This document shows, one piece after another, positions 1-8,455 of a stretch of DNA of 28,756 nt. The DNA is from a virus (Duplodnaviria > Heunggongvirae > Uroviricota > Caudoviricetes): positions 1 to 28,756 of the IMG/VR virus record IMGVR_UViG_2537561604_000016; one strand, given 5' to 3'. The notes below the pieces were generated by a model. That model ran no database searches, was not told the origin of the DNA, and saw only the letters and a list, made by a program, of their open reading frames with translations. Position 1 is the first letter of the stretch. Every line of letters begins with the position of its first letter. A program made the position numbers and the translations under genes.

Positions 1-1158
1 ATGCTCACCGTTAAGCAGATTGAAGCAGCAAAGCCGAAAGAAAAACCATACCGCCTACTCGATGGTAATGGCCTGTACCTTTATGTCCCTGTGTCAGGGA
101 AAAAGGTATGGCAGCTTCGCTACAAGATTGACGGTAAGGAGAAAATCCTGACTGTCGGAAAATATCCGCTTATGACTTTGCAGGAGGCAAGGGATAAAGC
201 ATGGACTGCGAGGAAAGACATCTCGGTTGGCATCGATCCGGTAAAGGCGAAAAAGGCTTCGTCTAACAACAATTCCTTTAGTGCAATTTACAAGGAATGG
301 TACGAACACAAGAAGCAAGTCTGGTCAGTAGGGTATGCGACTGAACTTGCAAAAATGTTTGATGACGACATTTTACCCATCATCGGCGGCCTTGAAATTC
401 AGGATATTGAGCCGATGCAACTGCTGGAAGTAATCCGCAGATTTGAAGATCGCGGTGCAATGGAGCGAGCCAACAAAGCACGTAGAAGATGCGGCGAGGT
501 TTTCCGTTACGCTATTGTCACCGGAAGGGCTAAATATAACCCGGCACCTGACCTTGCAGACGCCATGAAAGGATACCGCAAGAAGAACTTCCCGTTTTTA
601 CCTGCCGACCAGATCCCGGCATTCAACAAAGCACTGGCAACATTTTCAGGAAGTATCGTATCGCTCATTGCGACCAAAGTTTTACGCTACACAGCCCTCA
701 GAACAAAAGAGCTTCGTTCCATGCTATGGAAGAACGTCGATTTTGAAAACAGGATTATCACCATCGACGCCAATGTGATGAAGGGACGCAAGATTCATGT
801 GGTTCCGATGTCGGACCAGGTGGTTGAACTTCTCACTACGCTAAGCTCCATCACTAAACCAGTATCAGAGTTTGTTTTTGCCGGACGCAACGATAAGAAG
901 AAGCCAATCTGCGAGAACGCGGTATTGCTTGTGATCAAACAAATCGGCTATGAAGGTCTGGAAAGCGGTCACGGATTCAGGCATGAATTCAGCACGATTA
1001 TGAACGAGCACGAATGGCCTGCTGACGCGATTGAGGTGCAACTAGCACATGCCAACGGCGGATCTGTGCGCGGGATTTACAACCATGCTCAGTATCTCGA
1101 TAAGCGCAGAGAAATGATGCAATGGTGGGCGGACTGGCTTGATGAGAAGGTAGAGTGA
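1..1158 (+). CDS. int: Tyrosine integrase, P4-like family; N-terminus may be cut by the window edge
   Basis: 385-aa ORF with the AKPKEKPYRL..DG.GLYL N-terminal signature of P4-type integrases and a C-terminal catalytic region (GHGFRHEF, LAHANG, RGIYNHAQY) carrying the R/H-x-x-R/H/Y residues of tyrosine recombinases. Stop is TGA at 1156-1158. Confidence 0.85.
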   Translation: MLTVKQIEAAKPKEKPYRLLDGNGLYLYVPVSGKKVWQLRYKIDGKEKILTVGKYPLMTLQEARDKAWTARKDISVGIDPVKAKKASSNNNSFSAIYKEWYEHKKQVWSVGYATELAKMFDDDILPIIGGLEIQDIEPMQLLEVIRRFEDRGAMERANKARRRCGEVFRYAIVTGRAKYNPAPDLADAMKGYRKKNFPFLPADQIPAFNKALATFSGSIVSLIATKVLRYTALRTKELRSMLWKNVDFENRIITIDANVMKGRKIHVVPMSDQVVELLTTLSSITKPVSEFVFAGRNDKKKPICENAVLLVIKQIGYEGLESGHGFRHEFSTIMNEHEWPADAIEVQLAHANGGSVRGIYNHAQYLDKRREMMQWWADWLDEKVE

Positions 1159-1390
1159 CCCACCTTAACTATCGAATGACATAAATCCTTGCAATCCAGT
1201 GCAAAGATTTGTGTGTCTCAGTTTTGTCTAATTGTTCTACTAAAAACATAGTAAAATCGGTAACGGCTGGAAATCGTTCAATACCCGTACTATTGAAGTT
1301 ATCTAAGACAGGAGGTTTATTTAATAAATCACTTTATATAAAGAAGCAATTAATTTAACAATTATAGCTATAAAAAATAAATCTTTCTAA

Positions 1391-1420
1391 AGCCGGAAAC
1401 ACCGGCTATTTTTTGTTAAA
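1391..1420. terminator. Candidate bidirectional intrinsic terminator hairpin at the 3' end of the membrane-protein gene
   Basis: Inverted repeat agccgg-aaac-accggct at 1391-1407 followed by a T-run (attttttgtt) on the plus strand. It overlaps the stop codon of the minus-strand gene ending at 1406. The minus-strand reading is less U-rich. Confidence 0.4.
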
Positions 1421-2440
1421 GAAATAAAACAAACCTGTGGTTGATATAAATATTAAAATAGCCGACATGCCTATTTTAATATAGGGCCAAACAATCATTG
1501 TATTTTTATCACTAACGAATACCATTGCCAAAAAAGCCATCAAACATAACAATCCAAACATAATAGCACTTTTTAAATTAAGTCTCAGACATAGTTCTTG
1601 TGCCACTGTATACATATCAAAGTCAACATTTTTACCCACCCCATTCCCTTTAATTTCACCATTAGAACTCCCACTAGTGCTGTCACTTTCTACATTAATT
1701 ACTTTATATGATAAAAAGTTTGAGTGTTTAAAAAAAGGCAACGTTTTGATATTAAGTGGAATATAAATATCATCATAATCAACAGATGATTCTATAGGAT
1801 TACAATGTGCAATCACAACATCATCAGGACTACAATTTATAAGTAATTTTTTAGAAGCTCCATCAAGATTCGCTACTTTTATATTTATAGTGTACCTATC
1901 ACCATGATATACTTCATAGAAACACCCTTTACTTTGAGGGTTGTATTTCGGAATAACCCTTCTTCCTAGAGAGTCAAGGATACCATCAATAGAAAAAAAC
2001 ATCATATCAGGAAATGCGCACCTAACTTCTTCCACCCTACTTTTCCAGTTGCTATAATAATCAGAATCATTACACTCTATATATTTTAAGAAAAGCCCAT
2101 CATCTCCCTGATTACAAATTTCAGCATTAATAAAATCCCCAAGAATCATCCGAACATGATAAAGTTCGGTCATATCACTCCAGTCAAACGAAATTATTTT
2201 CGCCTTCCTAATTGATTTATGGATCAATTTTTTATTTTCATTCATTGTATTTCCTTGCGAAAAATAAATGAATACATCACTACCAACTATCGCTTGCCGT
2301 TGTTGATAAATGCAAGCCTCAACATATTTCTTTTTGTATCTAAAATGAATGACATCACCTTTTGGCAAACTTAACACCTTGAATATATCAGCTTTATATT
2401 GTTCTCTGGAATCAGAGCTAAACGCTGCCATAACTCTCAT
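1406..2440 (-). CDS. Hypothetical membrane-anchored protein; about 290-aa soluble N-terminal domain plus two C-terminal transmembrane helices; AT-rich cargo gene
   Basis: Long minus-strand ORF. The likely true start is the ATG at 2440-2438, preceded by GGGGAGG at 8 nt, and it overlaps the upstream stop as ATGA (translational coupling). The C-terminus carries two hydrophobic stretches (AIMFGLLCLMAFLAMVFV and MIVWPYIKIGMSAILIFISTTGLFYFF). I recognise no catalytic motif. Visibly AT-rich compared with the tail genes. Confidence 0.6.
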   Translation of the reverse strand: MRVMAAFSSDSREQYKADIFKVLSLPKGDVIHFRYKKKYVEACIYQQRQAIVGSDVFIYFSQGNTMNENKKLIHKSIRKAKIISFDWSDMTELYHVRMILGDFINAEICNQGDDGLFLKYIECNDSDYYSNWKSRVEEVRCAFPDMMFFSIDGILDSLGRRVIPKYNPQSKGCFYEVYHGDRYTINIKVANLDGASKKLLINCSPDDVVIAHCNPIESSVDYDDIYIPLNIKTLPFFKHSNFLSYKVINVESDSTSGSSNGEIKGNGVGKNVDFDMYTVAQELCLRLNLKSAIMFGLLCLMAFLAMVFVSDKNTMIVWPYIKIGMSAILIFISTTGLFYFFNKK

Positions 2441-3141
2441 ATTAGAACCTCCCCGAGTAAACATTCCCAACGAAATTTCTTCAGTTTATATATTTCTAAA
2501 TTATCCCTAATTATTCCATCCTGCTTTGCTTTATCGGCCCAACGATTATGAGGATGTACAGTCCCAACTAACTGCCACCCAGCACCTTTTAAAGATGCGC
2601 CTGTTTCACTGCTTAGAGTATAGGTAATAATTTTTTCTCCTCCCATCATTTTCCAGATTGTGCTACATCTACTAATCAGAAAGGAGCAAGTTCCTTTTGG
2701 AGATTTGTCACTGACACATAATCGTGTAATCTCTGCCGTCACACCATCCATGTACGTTGCAGATACGGGATTTCCAACTATCGCTACACCAACCAATTCA
2801 TCAGAATCTATGTGGTAGGCAGCTATAGCCCATCTGCCCGAATTCCTTGACGTTGGTCGATGGTGTCGATGATAAATAGAAACAAATTCATTTGCTTTTT
2901 TTATCGTTATAGGTTTTACATATAGTAACTTCGCCAAAATCCACACCTTGTAACATGATGGTAATATCATCACAACAATACAAAACTTATTGATTTTTAA
3001 CAACCAATTATAATGCCTAACCCCCATAGCACTACTTATCTTGTCTTCAAAAATCAGCTCGCATCCTGCACAGTTCAGTGCATTACGTTGTAGATCTGTG
3101 TTCTGGTCATTTGTTGACACGCGTACATAGCCAATAAGCAT
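2437..3141 (-). CDS. Chimeric ORF: about 37 N-terminal codons of a Gin/Pin-type serine invertase fused in frame to a roughly 197-aa foreign domain, tentatively GNAT-fold / Mom-like (XF1762-family)
   Basis: ATG at 3141-3139 has a strong SD (AGGGGAG about 7 nt upstream). The first residues MLIGYVRVSTNDQNTDLQRNAL..CAGCE..IFEDK are near-identical to the N-termini of Gin/Hin/Pin as I recall them, after which the sequence is unrelated to invertases. The C-terminal part has the pattern ..HRHH..P....G...........LVGVA.VG.PVS........EI.RL............ITYT...E.G.SL..AGW that I associate with Mom-like acyltransferase-fold proteins; this is a recollection, not a search result. Confidence 0.5.
   Translation of the reverse strand: MLIGYVRVSTNDQNTDLQRNALNCAGCELIFEDKISSAMGVRHYNWLLKINKFCIVVMILPSCYKVWILAKLLYVKPITIKKANEFVSIYHRHHRPTSRNSGRWAIAAYHIDSDELVGVAIVGNPVSATYMDGVTAEITRLCVSDKSPKGTCSFLISRCSTIWKMMGGEKIITYTLSSETGASLKGAGWQLVGTVHPHNRWADKAKQDGIIRDNLEIYKLKKFRWECLLGEVLI
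3031..3141 (-). pseudogene. pin: 5' remnant of a DNA invertase gene (gin/pin/cin family), truncated after about codon 37
   Basis: Only the N-terminal approximately 37 codons, including the catalytic Ser of the YVRVST motif, are invertase-like. No continuation of an invertase reading frame of 60 aa or more exists in any frame downstream. It sits about 56 bp from the left crossover site, as gin does relative to the Mu G segment. Confidence 0.6.
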
Positions 3142-3196
3142 GATCACTCCCCTGAATAAAAACCTGGGATGATGCCAGTTAGCCATTATCTCTGCA

Positions 3197-3223
3197 TTTT
3201 CATAAACGTTGGTTTGGGAGAAG
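3197..3223. repeat. Left recombination site of the invertible tail-fibre segment (gix/pix-like), inverted-repeat partner of 5066-5092
   Basis: ttttcataaacgTTggtttgggagaa resembles the 26-bp gix/hix architecture (two 12-bp half sites around a 2-bp core). The 15-nt core ttggtttgggagaag is exactly repeated in inverse orientation at 5066-5080. Confidence 0.7.
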
Positions 3224-3582
3224 CGGCAAAACGGGATGTGGGAACAGGGGAAAATCAGATACCGGACATGGCCTCTTTTGCCAGTGGTGATGGATGGATG
3301 AAATTACCCAACGGGAAAATCCTGCAATATGGTCGTGGTGCGGTTACGCCGACATTATCGACGCAAACAATGAGAATTACATTCAGCATCCCTTTCCCCA
3401 AAAAAGCGGACTGCGCCATGCTTACTCATTCTGGTGATGGCGGTGCGCCTTTAGGCGCTGGGCGGGGATTCATGATGACCGCAGAAGGCCCAACGTTAAC
3501 CGGCTTTAATTCTGCTTACAGAACGTCATCAACCAGCGACACGGTATCGATGAATTACAGTTGGTGGGCTGTTGGTGAGTAA
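3209..3582 (+). CDS. Alternative tail-fibre C-terminal cassette (silent in this orientation); becomes fused to the constant N-terminal part on inversion
   Basis: The plus-strand reading frame runs through the left crossover site (..FINVGLGE..) without a credible own start and with the same GLGE junction as the expressed fibre. A different C-terminal domain follows, ending at the TAA at 3580-3582. Confidence 0.6.
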
Positions 3583-3602
3583 TTTTATTCAGGGTGATTT
3601 AT

Positions 3603-4046
3603 ATGAACGAATATGTTTATAGCGCAAGGCATAATGCTTTTTTCCCTGTGGATATGATTGATAAATATAAATCAGAGGGATGGGATTTATCAGACGCTAA
3701 GGAAGTAAATCAAAATATTATCAGTGAGTTTATGGCTGAACCGCCACAAGGAAAAATCCGTATTGCCGGAGATGATGGGCTGCCTGCGTGGGCAGATATT
3801 CCTCCACCCACGCATGAAGAACTTATTGAAATTACTGAATCAGAAAGACAGCTACTAATTAACCAGGCCAACGAATACATGAACAGTAAACAATGGCCTG
3901 GTAAAGCCGCTATTGGTCGTCTGAAAGGTGACGAACTGGCGCAATATAATTTGTGGCTGGATTATCTGGACGCACTGGAACTGGTTGATACCTCCAGTGC
4001 TCCAGATATTGAATGGCCTACGCATCCGGCAGTTCAGGCCAGATGA
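3603..4046 (+). CDS. Tail fibre assembly protein (alternative copy, Tfa')
   Basis: ATG at 3603 with GGTGA upstream. The C-terminal region (..LWLDYLDALELVDTSSAPDIEWP..) is homologous to the C-terminus of the convergent Tfa at 4018-4620, the conserved Tfa chaperone domain. It converges on and overlaps the other tfa by 29 bp. Confidence 0.75.
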   Translation: MNEYVYSARHNAFFPVDMIDKYKSEGWDLSDAKEVNQNIISEFMAEPPQGKIRIAGDDGLPAWADIPPPTHEELIEITESERQLLINQANEYMNSKQWPGKAAIGRLKGDELAQYNLWLDYLDALELVDTSSAPDIEWPTHPAVQAR

Positions 4047-4620
4047 CATCCGGCGCGGTGCTGGTATCTGTTGCCGTCACCGCGTCAATGTAATCCAGCA
4101 CGGCGTTAAGTCGGGTGGTTTCTGCCTGCGTCAACTTCCGCCCGGCCTGCAATTTCAGCTGAATCAGACTGATGGAAGCCATTGCAGCATCAATCAGTGA
4201 CTGGCGCTGTGCTTCTGCCGCGTCTACTGCGGCGCTATGCTGTGCCTCAGTATCGGTCACCCATTTCTCACCATCCCATTTATCGTATGGAGATAAAGGG
4301 GCGATAGTGGTTGTATTTTCAGGGTAATCACCCGGAGCTTTGATTTCTTTTGATTCTCCTGTTTCTGTGCTAAAGACGATTTCACCACGATGGTCTGGCA
4401 CATATTCCCATGAGTTAAAATCTGCAGAACGGCAGATTGCATAACCAGTTTTGTATGAGCCAGGAGCATCTAAACAGGAACATGCCGGAATGCCGACACC
4501 CACAGCAAGATATTCAGTTGATGTGAAAATATATTCTCGTGTTTCACCATCATAGTTATAAACCGTAATATTTCCTGCCTGGGTGGCGATAAATTCGTTA
4601 TTTAATACAGCGTAATCCAT
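4018..4620 (-). CDS. Tail fibre assembly protein (Tfa)
   Basis: 200-aa ORF whose ATG overlaps the tail-fibre stop (TAATG). The conserved C-terminus ..LDYIDAVTATDTSTAPDVIWP.. is typical of TfaE/U-type chaperones. Confidence 0.8.
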   Translation of the reverse strand: MDYAVLNNEFIATQAGNITVYNYDGETREYIFTSTEYLAVGVGIPACSCLDAPGSYKTGYAICRSADFNSWEYVPDHRGEIVFSTETGESKEIKAPGDYPENTTTIAPLSPYDKWDGEKWVTDTEAQHSAAVDAAEAQRQSLIDAAMASISLIQLKLQAGRKLTQAETTRLNAVLDYIDAVTATDTSTAPDVIWPELPDA

Positions 4621-5435
4621 TATGCAGCCCTCACGATATAATTAAAGGCAATGTTTCGAGGACGGTTTTCGTTTGCAGTTGGAACAACTCTGGAAGCATC
4701 AAATGTTACTCGCTTTGCATAACCACCTTTAATTGAATCAGATGAAGCATCTCCGATGACGCTGGTTGTAAAAACGCCAGAATCAGAAGGGTAGGTATTA
4801 AACCTGACATCCACTAATGCACCAATTATATTTCGAATGGCATCGCCCTGTGATGAAAGCAAGCTACGGTTAGTATCTATTCCTCTTCCGTCATCCCAGC
4901 CACGAATGAACTCACCACGTAAATCAGGCAATTTATTTGTCGGGTAAGCCTTTGCCAGTTCCGGGTATTCTTCAGCAGAAAAAGCCGCACCGTTGCATTT
5001 CAGCCAGCCTGTTGGCGGAGTGGCTGAAGGCCACGGAACAGGGACACCAACAGGTAATGCAGAGCCTTCTCCCAAACCAAGGTTTTCGAGAGCCGTTCGC
5101 ACAGTGCCATCCGATTTGATATCGCCAAACGGATTCTTGCGGCTCAGGTATTCAACAGCAAACCCCGATTCCAGCAATTCAACAAAACCGGGCAGATCAC
5201 CATTATCAAGCACATCCCGTTGCGTTTTATCACTTACAAACTGGGCCAGAGCTGCAGCAATAAAGCTGGCCTGCCGAATAACCTTATTGACTTGCGCACT
5301 GGATGCTTTCCCTGCTGTAAATCCGGATATAAGCGCAGGCAACGTTTCCCATTCCTCCTGCGACATAACATTGGCATTTCGATCAGTTGCAAACGCTTTA
5401 AAGTCATTTTTCGCCATCAGAGTAATACTCCCCAT
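4620..5435 (-). CDS. Tail fibre protein: constant N-terminal part (5093-5435) plus variable C-terminal part inside the invertible segment (4620-5065)
   Basis: The C-terminal region ..[22 protein letters not shown]...[19 protein letters not shown].. is the classic phage tail-fibre/tail-collar receptor-binding signature. The gene is crossed by the right recombination site. The start may instead be the ATG at 5417, which forms an ATGA overlap with the upstream gene. Confidence 0.8.
   Translation of the reverse strand: MGSITLMAKNDFKAFATDRNANVMSQEEWETLPALISGFTAGKASSAQVNKVIRQASFIAAALAQFVSDKTQRDVLDNGDLPGFVELLESGFAVEYLSRKNPFGDIKSDGTVRTALENLGLGEGSALPVGVPVPWPSATPPTGWLKCNGAAFSAEEYPELAKAYPTNKLPDLRGEFIRGWDDGRGIDTNRSLLSSQGDAIRNIIGALVDVRFNTYPSDSGVFTTSVIGDASSDSIKGGYAKRVTFDASRVVPTANENRPRNIAFNYIVRAA
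5066..5092. repeat. Right recombination site of the invertible tail-fibre segment, inside the tail-fibre gene
   Basis: The reverse complement of 5066-5092 is ctctcgaaaaccTTggtttgggagaag, matching the left site exactly in the core and partially in the flank. It encodes the shared ..LGLGE.. junction of the tail-fibre protein. Confidence 0.7.
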
Positions 5436-6097
5436 GCCCCTACATCAAAACCACTGATGAATTCGTTATCCATATCAAAACCAAAAAATTTAGAGCCTTC
5501 CGATGGAGTTTCCACCGAAGGTGTTTCAATGCCCCCCGCCCATACCCCGGCGGCTTTTACTGTTAGATACCCCTGTTTAATTGCCGCAATTAACTCACGC
5601 GATACATCTGAAATATCAGTATCAGGAAAGACCCAGACCGATATCGTCATGTCCTGGTTATCGACTATCTGCATTCGCAGCCCGGATCCTGCTGTTGCAG
5701 CGTCAAGAATTGCTGGAAGCGAATCATTCCGTCCGTCCCAGTTATTAATCGCAATCTTCGCTTTAAGGATGACACGATAAGTTTCATCGCTGAGGTACAT
5801 GTATCCGGAATCAGGATCGTATGGCCCCTGCCATACACCATGATCATATCCAAGCCCGTCGGTATCCCAGCTGAAATAGACACCTGAGATAGGCTGGCTG
5901 ACAACACGGCTACGTCCGATCCACAATCCCAGAATGTCAAGTTGCACACCAACCGCAGAGTCAATATCAAATGCAGTAATCAGCCCTCTGGTGGCCGCCG
6001 CAACATCAATAAGCGGCCGGGTCATCAGATCAACATGTGCAAGAAATTTAGGTTTGGTGGCGTGGTAGTTCGTGATTAGTTCGGTATATTTGCTCAT
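5417..6097 (-). CDS. Tail/baseplate protein, YmfQ-like (DUF2612-type), upstream partner of the tail fibre
   Basis: 226-aa ORF immediately upstream of the fibre gene in the late operon. Position and general sequence character recall e14 ymfQ / Mu gp48-type proteins. Assignment is by synteny and recollection. Confidence 0.5.
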   Translation of the reverse strand: MSKYTELITNYHATKPKFLAHVDLMTRPLIDVAAATRGLITAFDIDSAVGVQLDILGLWIGRSRVVSQPISGVYFSWDTDGLGYDHGVWQGPYDPDSGYMYLSDETYRVILKAKIAINNWDGRNDSLPAILDAATAGSGLRMQIVDNQDMTISVWVFPDTDISDVSRELIAAIKQGYLTVKAAGVWAGGIETPSVETPSEGSKFFGFDMDNEFISGFDVGAWGVLL

Positions 6098-7293
6098 GAC
6101 TCCACCGTTATAACGATATTTTCCGGTGTACAGGACGCAGATTCGTTGTATCTGATATCAATGTTTGATGACGACAAAGCCCCCGGGGATTTCCCAATCG
6201 TCAGTTCCTGAATATCGTAATAGCGTGCATTCCCGCCACTCACCACACCAAGATTCGCCGGTGAGTAAATGCGACTTAAAAGGACCGAATCACCAATCAT
6301 CAGACTATTGATATAGTCGGAAATAGCCTGCTGGATCTGCTGCCCTATCTGTGAGGTATAACCCGTAAAAACTTTTAATTTAATCCGGGCATAAACAGGC
6401 ACATCACTAGAGCGCGAGAATTTGATTACATGGGGATTGCCGTATTTATCCGGAACCGTAACGGATGTTGTACCGTGAGTGGATGTCCCCTGGCCTTTAT
6501 TCCCTCTGATAGCCTGAGCAATATCCGTCACATCACCGCCATCCACAATTACAGCAACAGAGTGTGGCGGTAACCCGTTACCGTCCTCCGAACCAGTATC
6601 GTTTTCATAGAGTTTGTGGCGGGTTACACCGGTAACATTAGAAACAGCACCATCCAGTGCTTCAAATGGGGTTATTGATGGCAACGCAACACTTTGCGAC
6701 TGGCGGATACGTAACTCAGCGTCAGTTTCTGCCGGAGTGCCCACAGTGGCTGCAGCAGGATTGGTTACCGAAACCCAGCCACGGGTTGGCGTATTAATTT
6801 CAGTGATAGTTCCAGCCAGCGCCGCCACTGCACCACTGACGGAACATGTTGCGGTCACCATCACTGTACCATCCACGCCTACCACCACTGAAGCAGGCAA
6901 ACGCCATATCACATTATTACTGTCTTTCACGCTGCCATTAATGATGGTTGTTCCGGCAGTTCCTGTAAGAAGCAAATCAACCGTAGAGTTCGTCGCGCCT
7001 TTACGTGAAATACCATTTATTTTCACGTTACTGGTCAGTGCAGCCCCATAGCCGGTTGCCGGTGAAAAACAGTTGTAGACAGTTATCGCCGTATTATTGG
7101 CATCATGAATCGCCAGCGCCATCAGAGCCACCATCTGGCCGTCTTTGCTGTCCGGTTCGAGGTAGGCATCACTACCATAAATCTGCTGAAAATAGCTAAT
7201 CAGGGTGCTGAGTATCGTCTGATAATCAGGCGCACTGATCCCCTCCGCGGTTACCTTTGCAGATAAACCGAGAGAATCAAGGTTCAGAGCCAT
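6094..7293 (-). CDS. Baseplate J-like protein (gpJ / Mu gp47 family)
   Basis: 399-aa ORF in the canonical position between the W-like and fibre-proximal genes. Start and stop overlap the neighbours (coupled operon). Confidence 0.65.
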   Translation of the reverse strand: MALNLDSLGLSAKVTAEGISAPDYQTILSTLISYFQQIYGSDAYLEPDSKDGQMVALMALAIHDANNTAITVYNCFSPATGYGAALTSNVKINGISRKGATNSTVDLLLTGTAGTTIINGSVKDSNNVIWRLPASVVVGVDGTVMVTATCSVSGAVAALAGTITEINTPTRGWVSVTNPAAATVGTPAETDAELRIRQSQSVALPSITPFEALDGAVSNVTGVTRHKLYENDTGSEDGNGLPPHSVAVIVDGGDVTDIAQAIRGNKGQGTSTHGTTSVTVPDKYGNPHVIKFSRSSDVPVYARIKLKVFTGYTSQIGQQIQQAISDYINSLMIGDSVLLSRIYSPANLGVVSGGNARYYDIQELTIGKSPGALSSSNIDIRYNESASCTPENIVITVES

Positions 7294-7646
7294 TACGCCT
7301 CCGATGTAACAGTCGTTATTCCATAAAGAGTGTCGATTTCAGCGGAAAACATGACACGTCGGGTCGTGGTATCCACCGTCGTATTGAAAGAGAGGATTGA
7401 TTTAACGCCCTGCGTTTCCAGAATGCGCTTACGGATCGCCAGGTTGTAGGTTTCCGGCTTCTGCCTGCCCAGCACGGACTGGATCCATGGAGTCCCTTCG
7501 GTGGTGTCGAGAAACCATTGCCCATACCACAATTCGAATCGCGTTTTTACCGCCTGCGCCACGGCCTCCGGTGAGTTAATCAGCCAGGTGTCATCACCGC
7601 TGCCAAAGGTGTAATCACCATCGGCGTCTTCACGTCTGTATCGCAT
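7293..7646 (-). CDS. Baseplate wedge protein (gpW / gp25-like)
   Basis: 117-aa ORF between the spike and the J-like gene, the usual size and position for W/gp25 lysozyme-like baseplate proteins. Confidence 0.5.
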   Translation of the reverse strand: MRYRREDADGDYTFGSGDDTWLINSPEAVAQAVKTRFELWYGQWFLDTTEGTPWIQSVLGRQKPETYNLAIRKRILETQGVKSILSFNTTVDTTTRRVMFSAEIDTLYGITTVTSEA

Positions 7647-8398
7647 CAGTTTACCCCATCGGTATTGCTTCCACCGCGCTGAACACCGCCATGAGTGTGC
7701 GTATCATCGATTGGCTTGCCGTTAGCCTTAACGCTCCCCAAGAACTCAACAGCACCAGTGATTTTTGAAGCCACACCAGAAACAACAGACCCCACCATGC
7801 CCCCCATCCAGGTTAACAGGCCATGAATGGTTACTTTCTCAGAAAAATCAGCCAGAGGGGCAACCACATCAAGGCCCCCCGGAGCGACAATTTTAATTTT
7901 CCTGGTATCAGGATTAAGCTCAAAATAGGTGCTGCCGTCATCACTACGCAACTGTGTGGCACTGGTATTAATACCGCTAATCTTCCTTGCCTGCGACTGG
8001 GGACCGACAATACAAAACGCATCCGATAAATCATGCATTCTGTCATCGACCGGCTCCTGTATCCCGCCACTCTGCCACCAGAAATCAATACAACGATCGG
8101 CAAAAATCACCAGGCATTCATCGCCGGCTTCCACCGGGAAAGTTAACGTGCAGCCGCCGCCGCGCGGGAATACCACTGGTACATCCACCAGCAATGGGTA
8201 ATTTTGGGTAATGCGGTTGCCGTCATTATCCTTTTCAACCGAACGGATCGCAGGCTGCACAACCGCTGTCACCGCATCAGGATCGAATGACTGGACGATG
8301 CCAGGCAAAGCAACACGTATCTGGTTCTTTGTTGTTTCCCGTTCAGATTTGAATGTTTCGGCAAGGTCGCCGCTGCGGGTCTGGTCAGATACTGCCAT
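7646..8398 (-). CDS. Baseplate central spike protein (gpV / Mu gp45-like)
   Basis: 250-aa ORF with a Gly-rich C-terminus, located upstream of the W and J homologues. Confidence 0.5.
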   Translation of the reverse strand: MAVSDQTRSGDLAETFKSERETTKNQIRVALPGIVQSFDPDAVTAVVQPAIRSVEKDNDGNRITQNYPLLVDVPVVFPRGGGCTLTFPVEAGDECLVIFADRCIDFWWQSGGIQEPVDDRMHDLSDAFCIVGPQSQARKISGINTSATQLRSDDGSTYFELNPDTRKIKIVAPGGLDVVAPLADFSEKVTIHGLLTWMGGMVGSVVSGVASKITGAVEFLGSVKANGKPIDDTHTHGGVQRGGSNTDGVN

Positions 8399-8412
8399 TT
8401 AGTAGGCTCCAG

Positions 8413-8440
8413 AAAGCAAAAAACCCGCCGAAGCGGGTTT
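8413..8440 (-). terminator. Rho-independent terminator downstream of the membrane-protein moron
   Basis: Minus-strand reading: stem acccgc / loop ttcg / stem gcgggt, followed by TTTTTTGCTTTCT. It lies 15 bp after the stop of the 8456-9028 gene and before the spike gene. Confidence 0.65.
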
Positions 8441-8455
8441 GAAAGGATGTATGGA

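Larger units (their letters stand above)
3197..5092. other. Invertible DNA segment (about 1.9 kb) for a host-range switch: two convergent tail-fibre C-terminal cassettes, each with its own assembly chaperone
   Basis: Flanked by the inverted crossover sites. Contents are the variable C-terminus of the expressed fibre plus tfa on the minus strand, and a promoterless alternative C-terminal cassette plus tfa' on the plus strand. This is the same organisation as Mu G, P1 C and e14 P segments. Confidence 0.7.

Noticed and set aside
94-318. 74-aa minus-strand ORF inside the integrase gene
   Set aside because: Antisense shadow ORF entirely within a well-supported coding region; no start signals; low-complexity translation.
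3142-3186. The 15 codons upstream of the invertase-like start in ORF 2437-3186 (MANWHHPRFLFRGVI)
   Set aside because: Read-through upstream of the true start: the ATG at 3141 has a strong SD and begins the conserved invertase N-terminus.
3855-7199. Many 60-190-aa ORFs on the opposite strand or in alternate frames within the tail-fibre and baseplate genes (for example 3855-4049, 3928-4200, 4257-4469, 4937-5119, 4993-5457, 5220-5780, 5665-5970, 6614-7051, 7005-7199)
   Set aside because: They overlap strongly supported structural genes. GC-rich phage DNA yields long antisense open frames; their translations are Arg/Ser/Pro-rich and non-protein-like.
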